This document shows positions 30,411-38,029 of a stretch of 47,185 bases of DNA, piece by piece. The notes under the pieces were generated by a model, which was not told the origin of the DNA, did not search any database, and worked only from the letters and a program-made list of their open reading frames with translations. This DNA comes from Candidatus Thorarchaeota archaeon (GTDB lineage Archaea > Asgardarchaeota > Thorarchaeia > Thorarchaeales > Thorarchaeaceae), in assembly GCA_011364905.1 (NCBI GenBank), contig RDNZ01000021.1, positions 1-47,185 on the forward strand, written 5' to 3'. Every line of letters starts with the position of its first letter. Within the stretch, counting starts at the first letter, position 1. Both the position numbers and the translations under genes were made by a program.

Positions 30411-31751
30411 TTAAACAGGAACCTCAACTGCAATCTCGGGTAATTCGATTTCCTCTTCGGGTTGTTCACTCTCTAACTTACTATGGAGATTAAGTTTAGC
30501 CACAGCAAAGAATCCAAGAACTGAAACCAGGACAAGGGCGAAAGCAGCTCCTATCATTGGAGGACCAGTGGATGCAGCAGCTTCAGCCCAAACGCCGCCT
30601 ATCCCCATGCCCACGACCTGTACGGCAGTGAAGACAACGTTGAGCAACGCAAACACACGGCCGCGCAGTTCATCCCGTACTAGTTGCTGCAAAAGGACTG
30701 TGAGGGGGATATCTAGTATAACATCCACAGAACCGATCATGGCCCACGACAGCATAACTGTTACAAGATCGAATGCCAGGACCATGAAGAAGACTGCAAC
30801 TCCTGCAAGGATACCAGCCCCAGCAATGAGATATAGTGGTTTGTTGATTTTGGTCTTCCGACTGAAATACAATGCAGCAGCTGCCCCAGATGCTGCTCCT
30901 GCACTCAAAACCAGTCCGATTTGTGTAGCCCCCAGGGCAAGCTCACCTTCAAGGTAGGGTATGAAGAGAGCATTTAGAATACCAGAAGAAACGGCAAGAA
31001 GCATTGCAAATACAAATAGGAAAGAGAGTATCGAATTTCCGATTACGAATTTGGCTCCCTCTTTTATCTGCATCATGAGTGACTCTTTACTCTGAAGGTC
31101 GTGATCAGGAACAAGATCAGTGGCAATCATACTGAGTGCAAGCGCTGAGAAGACAAATGATGCAGAGTTGATTGCAAATGCTGGAAGATAATTCGGTGCA
31201 AGGAGTGCAACAAGGATACCACCAACTGGAGGGACAACTAACTGAACAACTTGGAATGTCATCTGAGATAGAGAGTTGGCTACTACTAGCTCATCACCCT
31301 CAACAAGATTGGGGATTGCTGCACTCCTTGCTGGAAAGAACCAAGCATTAGCGGTGGCATAAACAAAAGTGAGGAGGTACACCCAGTAGATTGCGGGGAA
31401 GAAGGTAGGAAAGTACTCTGTCAAAGGTATTAGAATAATGACGGTTGCACGCGTGATATCGGAGGCAACCATAATCGTCTTGCGATTCCAACGATCAATA
31501 TACACACCAATTGGACCTGCAAATGCAACCACTGGAATAGTCTGAGCCATTGCTAGTATTGCCATAGCCATTGGAGATTGTGTCAGGTCGAAAGCATAGA
31601 ACATGAGTGCCAGAGTAGCAATTGCTGTGCCAATGTTTGAAACCAATTGACCAGACCAAAGAAGTGAGAAGTCTCGATGAGTTAGAACTGATCGGAGTCC
31701 TTTGGATTCACCACTATCCTCGAGTCCTTGAGAGGTGACAGCCTCAGTCAT
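30411..31751 (-). CDS. MFS exporter (DHA3/MefA-EntS-like)
   Basis: DFSLLWSGQLVS, GVYIDRWNRK and ELRGRVF motifs; about 12 TM segments. Confidence 0.92.
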   Translation of the reverse strand: MTEAVTSQGLEDSGESKGLRSVLTHRDFSLLWSGQLVSNIGTAIATLALMFYAFDLTQSPMAMAILAMAQTIPVVAFAGPIGVYIDRWNRKTIMVASDITRATVIILIPLTEYFPTFFPAIYWVYLLTFVYATANAWFFPARSAAIPNLVEGDELVVANSLSQMTFQVVQLVVPPVGGILVALLAPNYLPAFAINSASFVFSALALSMIATDLVPDHDLQSKESLMMQIKEGAKFVIGNSILSFLFVFAMLLAVSSGILNALFIPYLEGELALGATQIGLVLSAGAASGAAAALYFSRKTKINKPLYLIAGAGILAGVAVFFMVLAFDLVTVMLSWAMIGSVDVILDIPLTVLLQQLVRDELRGRVFALLNVVFTAVQVVGMGIGGVWAEAAASTGPPMIGAAFALVLVSVLGFFAVAKLNLHSKLESEQPEEEIELPEIAVEVPV

Positions 31752-31756
31752 TCATT

Positions 31757-31855
31757 TCATCTCCTGAAATAGTTACGAGCCAAGGCATCAGTGGTTTGCA
31801 CTGACTTGGCTTCTCTCCATACGCGAGGTTTCCCATCGATTTTCGCTAGAGCCAT
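31757..31855 (-). CDS. Small peptide C, MALAKIDGKPRVWREAKSVQTTDALARNYFRR (32 aa)
   Basis: Hand-translated; SD AGGTGA overlaps the upstream stop; ends 5 nt before the MFS ATG; similar to peptides A and B. Confidence 0.72.
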   Translation of the reverse strand: MALAKIDGKPRVWREAKSVQTTDALARNYFRR

Positions 31856-31860
31856 GTTCT

Positions 31861-31971
31861 TCACCTTTGTACTGTCATGTACGCGTATGCGAGTGCTTCC
31901 GCTGTTTGCACATGCGCAAATACAGTTTCATCAAAATGACGAGCCATTCGACGATCATTAGTTTGTTTCAT
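31861..31971 (-). CDS. Small peptide B, MKQTNDRRMARHFDETVFAHVQTAEALAYAYMTVQR (36 aa)
   Basis: Hand-translated; C-terminus AL.YAY.TV.R matches peptide A. Confidence 0.72.
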   Translation of the reverse strand: MKQTNDRRMARHFDETVFAHVQTAEALAYAYMTVQR

Positions 31972-32114
31972 TTTCTTTCACACATTCCAATAGATTGGTC
32001 ACAGGATATGCTGCTTCTGAGAAGAACTGACCACATCTCTGACCACTCCGTGACCACGAGAGTCACCATCGGGTCTGAGCAGGGCCAAATCGAGTTTCTC
32101 AGAGAATTATTCAA
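31968..32114 (-). CDS. Possible 48-aa ORF (TTG start), MNNSLRNSIWPCSDPMVTLVVTEWSEMWSVLLRSSISCDQSIGMCERK
   Basis: Starts 5 nt after the peptide A stop; its TGA overlaps the peptide B ATG (ATGA); lacks the shared motif. Confidence 0.35.
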   Translation of the reverse strand: MNNSLRNSIWPCSDPMVTLVVTEWSEMWSVLLRSSISCDQSIGMCERK

Positions 32115-32119
32115 ACACT

Positions 32120-32224
32120 TCACCGCACAACTGTAAGGTAAGCGTAAGAGAGTGCGTCAGTGCTTGCGACTGACTTCTTGTTCTTCAAAACAGATGTTGT
32201 TCGTGAGTTAGTTGTTAGAGCCAT
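32120..32224 (-). CDS. Small peptide A, MALTTNSRTTSVLKNKKSVASTDALSYAYLTVVR (34 aa)
   Basis: Hand-translated; TATA box upstream; similar to peptides B and C. Confidence 0.72.
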   Translation of the reverse strand: MALTTNSRTTSVLKNKKSVASTDALSYAYLTVVR

Positions 32225-32256
32225 GATATTTCACAAGAATTAGTATTCAGATTCAG

Positions 32257-32311
32257 TATATATAGCGAAGCCACTTGTGAGGGTCACCAGAGGGAGTCAC
32301 ATCTTGTGACT
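32257..32311 (-). promoter_or_regulatory. TATA box (32257-32264) and 7-3-7 palindrome (32295-32311)
   Basis: TATATATA about 33 nt upstream of the peptide A ATG; AGTCACA-TCT-TGTGACT. Confidence 0.6.
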
Positions 32312-32554
32312 AGGTGAATGGATAAATGATAAGATAGGAAATTCGTCTGTGGAGTGTATTTCCAAAGCAGACAGAGCTGCCAGCTTATTACTTGTTCATT
32401 AATGATGGCTAAAGCAGGAAGAGAGGAACTATTCTCCTTGAAGTCGGTCGTTCATATCAATATCAACTGCTAAGTAGAATGACATTCTTATCTCAAAGGT
32501 TATATGATAATTAACTATAGTTATTATTCAAATAGAGTATTGGAGACATCATTG

Positions 32555-32968
32555 ATGCAAGACTTCATCAAACAACTGGCTGATGCTCCGAGTGAAAAGA
32601 GAATTCAGGCAATCAATGAACGCTTGAAAGCCCTAATAGCTCAGAGTGAGTCAGAAAGAATTGAAACGATGAAAGGGTTAGTCATGTCTGTGTCTGAACT
32701 ACCTGAGAGTAAGAAGGCACAGTTCATTTCTGATCGTACGTTGTGCATATCACAACTGCCCACCACTCAAATGGCGGCCATCATGAAATCAAGAGCTAAG
32801 CTCTCATCGCTCATCCCGACAGATGTGAATGAGGCGGACATGAAACAGACATTCATGGTCCTGAAGCAGTGGCCAGAGGAAAAACGCAATACATTCATTC
32901 ATGAGATCAAACAAGCATATGAGATTGCGAATGTCAAATTTCCTGCAATGGAAGCAGCCATGAGCTAG
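32555..32968 (+). CDS. Hypothetical all-helical protein
   Basis: ORF from MQDFIK; recurring LP..(K/R) helical units; followed by a terminator. Confidence 0.75.
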   Translation: MQDFIKQLADAPSEKRIQAINERLKALIAQSESERIETMKGLVMSVSELPESKKAQFISDRTLCISQLPTTQMAAIMKSRAKLSSLIPTDVNEADMKQTFMVLKQWPEEKRNTFIHEIKQAYEIANVKFPAMEAAMS

Positions 32969-32979
32969 TGATCAACAAG

Positions 32980-33040
32980 TGCTTCACCTGATTCATTCAA
33001 GATCAGGTGGAGCATCTAATTCTTCATTTTTCATTTGTTT
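32980..33040 (+). terminator. Hairpin terminator
   Basis: TGCTTCACCTGAT...ATCAGGTGGAGCA followed by a T-rich tract. Confidence 0.65.
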
Positions 33041-33160
33041 GTGAACCGCTTTTGTCAAAAACATATTGGAGAACATCCCAGCACAGGCCGATTCAGAAAA
33101 AGCGCTTGGTTGCGTTAAGAAGCCATACTTTATAGAGTGATGGTCTGGAAGATACTCATA

Positions 33161-33655
33161 ATGAACGAATACGCCACGCTGGTCAAACTCCTCACACGTA
33201 CGGGTAATCCTATTGGTGCGAGTGTAGATGACATGCTTGATGCACTGGGACTTCCAGAGGACTTAGGAAGAGATACGCTTTATCGTCGGTTGAGTGAGTT
33301 GTATTCAAGACTAGAACCACTAGGACTCACAATTAAACACAACCCTGTTAGTGGTGTATTCTATGTAGATACAGCTTTACGGTCAGAGAGTTCTACACTC
33401 CCAGACCGGTTGGCTGCAACGCTACTGATTGTGATAACCCTCGCGTATCAAGAGGGCGGATGGGTTTCTTTCGATAGAGTAAAGGAGTTTCGTAAAAAGA
33501 GTATGAAAGGAGTCATGGAAGATCTTCGAGAGTTACAGAATCAAGGCTACATTGAGTTAGACCAATTGGGGAAGAGAGCTCGTCTAGGTCTGCGTGTACC
33601 ATTTGAGATAGATTATGAGGCTTTCTTCCGAGAACTGGTATCGGAGAAGGAGTAA
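33161..33655 (+). CDS. Tandem winged-helix KITE-like protein (ScpB/Nse1/Nse3-like)
   Basis: L...LEPLGLTI..FYV in WH-A; ATLLIVITLAYQEGGWVS and L.EL...GYIE in WH-B. Confidence 0.6.
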   Translation: MNEYATLVKLLTRTGNPIGASVDDMLDALGLPEDLGRDTLYRRLSELYSRLEPLGLTIKHNPVSGVFYVDTALRSESSTLPDRLAATLLIVITLAYQEGGWVSFDRVKEFRKKSMKGVMEDLRELQNQGYIELDQLGKRARLGLRVPFEIDYEAFFRELVSEKE

Positions 33656-33718
33656 TCCAAATTAGACAGCTTCGTTAGTTTTATCAAGGCTCCAACTTAC
33701 GACAATTTGGTCGGAATC

Positions 33719-34078
33719 ATGTCACATAGACGTTCACTAAGATTCGCACAAACGACCTGCCCGATCTGTGGCAGTAAGGAAGTCGCCCGCGATGACCACA
33801 AGGGAGACCTCCTCTGCACAAACTGCGGTCATATCATTGTCCGGACTGAAACAAGAGCAGTAGGCAAATTCGATATTGCACAGCACTTGAAAAGGAACGG
33901 AAAAATGAACTTTGCCAATCTGCAAAAAGCCACTGGAGCTTCAGAAGACAAGCTACTAGGTGTGCTCTACAGTATGGTGGAGATGGGATATCTCTCTGAG
34001 ATTCAGGGAGTGTATTCTCTCACCAAAAAGGGGCAAAGATGGTACCGTCAAAGGCTTGGGCAGGAATGGGGATACTAG
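33719..34078 (+). CDS. TFIIB-type Zn-ribbon + winged-helix protein
   Basis: CPICGS...D..KGDLLCTNCG; C-terminal wHTH ending YSLTKKG. Confidence 0.8.
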   Translation: MSHRRSLRFAQTTCPICGSKEVARDDHKGDLLCTNCGHIIVRTETRAVGKFDIAQHLKRNGKMNFANLQKATGASEDKLLGVLYSMVEMGYLSEIQGVYSLTKKGQRWYRQRLGQEWGY

Positions 34079-34628
34079 TCCCTTATGGGGCATCCCTTCA
34101 CTTTAGTGGACACTATTTTTTTTAGATTCGTGCACATGCCAATAATTAGTCAATTTTTCCTAATGAATTAAGTTTAAATGCGGTTGATTTTCTGAGCATC
34201 TAGGGATTCGATTCGTCGATTTCTATAAATCTTCAATCTCCCTCCTACCACGCGATTATCGTGCTGCGTTAATACCAGCACGTTCACACACACCGAATCG
34301 GATCCTCTCTTCTGTTTTATCTAGTTCCAACGATTTGCTGCACTGTTCCAACAGTCGAGCCGATGCCTGTCATTGGATTCTAGATACCCACCTTCACAAA
34401 GACAGGTTTCATGGAGGAGTTAAAATCACACATATCCTCAACATGCCTTAGTGCGCTTGTCAAGATCCACTGTCAACTATGAAAACAGTCGGTCTCAAAG
34501 GACGTTCCCTCAAAAACATGATTGCACCTTTATAGTTAAACAATACAGGATTAAGTGACATGGATATCTACCATCATCAATAGTCCCATAGAAAATATAA
34601 GAGGGGCATGGGCTACAACTAGCATCTA

Positions 34629-35024
34629 ATGGAGGGATGCTATTTGAAATTAGAATTCGACACACTTGGGGTACTATTGCTTATTATTGGCGATTTGATT
34701 ATGATTGCTATTGTCCTACCGTTGGTCTTTAGTGTGAGAGGTTTGGAGTATCAGCCCCTCGCAGTAAGATCAATTGCACCAGTTCTCATATTCCTGGTCT
34801 TTATGTTTCTCTTTCGACCAACAGCTAACAAACCTCAATTCGTGATAATCAATGGAGTGATATTCCTAATCCTGTCGATTGTATCACTAGTCTTCGCACC
34901 ACAAGAGGCAGTTTTGAATGGAATCGTTAGAATCGCATACTATATCGGAGCAATAGTTTCCACGGGTGGGTCAATAGTATTGCTCTACAGTAGAGTCATC
35001 AAACGTTCCACACCAACGCCGTGA
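34629..35024 (+). CDS. Small 4-TM hypothetical membrane protein
   Basis: Four hydrophobic segments. Confidence 0.7.
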   Translation: MEGCYLKLEFDTLGVLLLIIGDLIMIAIVLPLVFSVRGLEYQPLAVRSIAPVLIFLVFMFLFRPTANKPQFVIINGVIFLILSIVSLVFAPQEAVLNGIVRIAYYIGAIVSTGGSIVLLYSRVIKRSTPTP

Positions 35025-35176
35025 CGAACACAGCAGTAAAATGGCGACAATGGACTGCAATTGCCCTATTCGTCCAGTTTCAGGGCATCAGTTTGAAAAA
35101 TGAGCTCGAACACGCATTGTTTTTTTATTTTCCTCTAGAGTAATCCTTAATATACTATAGAACAACCCTATCTTAG

Positions 35177-35270
35177 GGTCTGGTACAGAGGGCTTCAAAC
35201 TCCCCTCCTAACCACGCGAATACCTACAAAGTAGGGTACCTACTTTCCCTTTTTACCTCTGCACCGGACC
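35177..35270. mobile_element. MITE-like 94-bp element or structured RNA with 15-bp terminal inverted repeats
   Basis: GGTCTGGTACAGAGG ... CCTCTGCACCGGACC (13/15 match); internal hairpin AAAGTAGG-GTA-CCTACTTT. Confidence 0.45.
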
Positions 35271-35281
35271 TGTCTTATTCT
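35231..35281. repeat. 51-bp direct repeat, copy 1
   Basis: 49/51 identical to 36821-36871. Confidence 0.95.
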
Positions 35282-35318
35282 TCTTAGCAATGCTACCTCT
35301 TTACTGAATCTGCAAATA

Positions 35319-36662
35319 TCAACCGGTCCTCACAGCATTAGCAGGTGATGTCTTCCTTCTCCTAACAATCCAATACAATATTGGAATAGCAACAATCATG
35401 CTAGCTCCAGAAAAAATCACCAGATTTGTCAAATCAAATGGTGTGGGAGTTGTTGCACTTGTAGACTGATTCAGTGGATTGATATCATAGAAAAACACTA
35501 GCATTGTATCATATTCAGATGCGACAGGACTATCCGTTGTAGTTGCCAATGCAGCGAATCGGGCGCCTTGATTGACCATTGATTTTGGAAAGTCTAGCGA
35601 ATCTCTGATCAATGTATTAGCCCACAATTTCTCGCCCGACTCATCTGTTCTAACGAGCCATAGATTCTGGCCTTTGTTAGATATACTGTGCGTCCATCCA
35701 AACATCGCAAAACCATTGTCCTCGCATTGAACTATATCAACTCCTGATGTTGACTCTTGTGTTGGAAATCGTTGGTCATTATCTGCATAGGTTCTATTCC
35801 ACAAGAGAACTCCGTGTGAATCAGTCCGAATTGAGTACACTCTGTTTGGAAAGGTAGGCCAACCCTCAGGTTCCCATCGACCGGTCATTGCAAACCCACC
35901 ATCATGTGTTTCTAAACCTGACATAAGGAATTCATGACCGGCTTTGTCGTAGATTCTCTCCCAGATTATATCACCTGAACCATTCAACCTCATTCCCCAG
36001 AAATTCCCTTCACCATCTTCGGGTCTGTAGGAATTTCCGAACATCATGATGTCACCATTCTCACAAGAAGCAATAGCAGTGCAAACCAAACTGTTAGATG
36101 TATTTCCATGGAACCTACTCCAAACAACATTGCCATCGAAATCCAATCTATATATCCAAGCTTGCGTATAATTCTGCCCTTCCATTTTCAATTTTCCAGC
36201 AGTAACAATATCTCCATTTGGGAGCTCGACAATATCATCCAGACTTGACACGTCTTGGTTCACTTGAGGATATGTCTTATTCCACATTTCATCTCCAGAG
36301 GAGTCGATTCTAAGAAGCCAGGGAATATCAAAATCTCGTTCTCCTAGAAGGAGGAATCCATTGTCTTGACATTTAGCAAGTGCATGTAGATGTTCATTAC
36401 TGCTTGTTCCATATGTCCGAACCCAATACAAATCTCCGGAACTGTCTGTTTTGATCAGAACAAAATCGTTAGATCTTGATGATAGGTGGGAAAATCCACC
36501 GATGGCAAGACCACCATCACTACAAGAAATAATTTCAACCATGTGTTCCGAGTAATCAAAATTATAGATGTGGACATAGGGGACACCAGTTACTCCTCTT
36601 GGAAGTAAGGAACAAATCAGTGCGAAGATAATGAAAGCAACAGCATTTCTGCGAGACCGAAT
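35319..36662 (-). CDS. Secreted beta-propeller-like repeat protein with C-terminal TM anchor
   Basis: Repeats such as W.L(R/K)TD..G...W.(R/K)TY; S/T/P linker, TM helix and RRRK tail; frame open 40 codons upstream of the track ATG and includes a signal peptide. Confidence 0.85.
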   Translation of the reverse strand: MRSRRNAVAFIIFALICSLLPRGVTGVPYVHIYNFDYSEHMVEIISCSDGGLAIGGFSHLSSRSNDFVLIKTDSSGDLYWVRTYGTSSNEHLHALAKCQDNGFLLLGERDFDIPWLLRIDSSGDEMWNKTYPQVNQDVSSLDDIVELPNGDIVTAGKLKMEGQNYTQAWIYRLDFDGNVVWSRFHGNTSNSLVCTAIASCENGDIMMFGNSYRPEDGEGNFWGMRLNGSGDIIWERIYDKAGHEFLMSGLETHDGGFAMTGRWEPEGWPTFPNRVYSIRTDSHGVLLWNRTYADNDQRFPTQESTSGVDIVQCEDNGFAMFGWTHSISNKGQNLWLVRTDESGEKLWANTLIRDSLDFPKSMVNQGARFAALATTTDSPVASEYDTMLVFFYDINPLNQSTSATTPTPFDLTNLVIFSGASMIVAIPILYWIVRRRKTSPANAVRTG

Positions 36663-36820
36663 TCAAATCCCCTCCACAGGAATAACTACATTCTATCCTT
36701 GGCATCTAATCAATCTTGTGAACAAAGGCAGTTGCAGACCGATATTGTAGTCAAAAATCCACCTGAGAAAATAGAAAAATTTGTGGAACCATTTATGAAG
36801 GTTCGTGGATGGAGTTCATC

Positions 36821-36871
36821 GTAGAGTACCTGCTTTCCCTTTTTACCTCTGCACCGGACCTGTCTTATTCT
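36821..36871. repeat. 51-bp direct repeat, copy 2
   Basis: GTAGAGTACCTGCTTTCCCTTTTTACCTCTGCACCGGACCTGTCTTATTCT. Confidence 0.95.
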
Positions 36872-36937
36872 GATTATTTCGTGACCTCTAGTGGGGCATC
36901 TCTTTAGAAACATTGAAACCAGCGAAGATGTAGGATA

Positions 36938-37279
36938 TTGATGAACGGAATAATGATGGGAAGAAGAAGAACGCAAAGGGATCCAACAAGAAGAAGAAGA
37001 CCGCGAGTGGTCAAGGAATTGATTCGGATTGGTTCAGGACCCGCAATGCTGTATCTCGTTGCGGGAACTGATAAAGCTGTTAAGTTGCTGAGGGAAGATG
37101 TGCAAGCGCTTGAGAAAGAGACTGGAAAACATATCGAGGAGATGTATGAAGAAGAGCTCGTAAAGGGAATGCAACGTCTAGATGTAGAAGCGATCCATTT
37201 GACCGATGATGAGAAAGATATAGTTAGATTAGCATCCAAGTATGTATTAGCAGGCTACTTCATTCTTAGCGAAACTTGA
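36938..37279 (+). CDS. Hypothetical protein with Arg-rich N-terminus
   Basis: 113 aa ORF with protein-like composition; start uncertain. Confidence 0.6.
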   Translation: MMNGIMMGRRRTQRDPTRRRRPRVVKELIRIGSGPAMLYLVAGTDKAVKLLREDVQALEKETGKHIEEMYEEELVKGMQRLDVEAIHLTDDEKDIVRLASKYVLAGYFILSET

Positions 37280-37315
37280 AAATCAGCTTCAGCTAAACAA
37301 TTGATTTTTTAGGCA

Positions 37316-37966
37316 TTGCCACGGATTCTATACGGAGGACTGTATTTGACTTCTGGAGAAATGGAAGGAGAGCCCTTTATTGATTGGACAGGACTCAGAC
37401 CATCTGAACGGGATAATTTCCAGATGTATGTAAGCGCGGTTCACGTTGGCGTCGGAATCGGAATATCTATCTTAAGTTACCCTGGCGATCTACTTTCGTG
37501 GAATGAGGGCATAGGAATACTGTTACCAAGTCTAATTGCCCTAACTGGTCTAGCCTATCTACTCCCAACGGGAATCAATTGGTATCGGGACGAGTTCCTT
37601 CCCTTCGTAAATAGATTCATCGAGATACCTAAGACTGAGAGTGACCATTTTCTAAGGTATCAAAGAATAATGCGTTTCGCTGTACTCGTTTCAGGATATC
37701 TTGATACGGTGGTTTGTCAAGCTGTGTATACATGGATTAACGCAGTTTTTCCTCCAATCGGGGTGAACCTTAATCCGGCATTAGATACAGAAGGGGGTCT
37801 CATTGCTGGTGTGGTTGTACTCTTTTTCATTCTTTGGTTCATCTTCATGGCTTTCTTTGAACTTATTCTTACATCGGTGTATCCTGATGTATTGCGTCTC
37901 GCAAGATTAGACAACAGCATTACAGAAGCTACTAAGAAGACTGCTGATGAACAGGAAGACAAGTAG
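37316..37966 (+). CDS. Hypothetical membrane protein
   Basis: About 4 TM segments. Confidence 0.7.
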   Translation: MPRILYGGLYLTSGEMEGEPFIDWTGLRPSERDNFQMYVSAVHVGVGIGISILSYPGDLLSWNEGIGILLPSLIALTGLAYLLPTGINWYRDEFLPFVNRFIEIPKTESDHFLRYQRIMRFAVLVSGYLDTVVCQAVYTWINAVFPPIGVNLNPALDTEGGLIAGVVVLFFILWFIFMAFFELILTSVYPDVLRLARLDNSITEATKKTADEQEDK

Positions 37967-38029
37967 GATTACAGGAAGAATATGATGGGACGTTTCGATG
38001 GGAAGAGAGAGATGAGTTAAGCACTGATA

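Noticed and set aside
31867-32136. 89-aa + strand ORF in the track
   Set aside because: Antisense shadow of the - strand peptide array, which has motif, SD and promoter support
34080-34620. Possible pseudogene in the long intergenic gap
   Set aside because: The minus-strand frames I translated give only short fragments with no recognisable motif, and the track shows no ORF here
35187-35214. tRNA 3'-end-like sequence (TTCAAACTCCCCTCCTAACCA)
   Set aside because: No cloverleaf can be built and it does not match the tRNA-Ala in the window; treated as part of the repeat element
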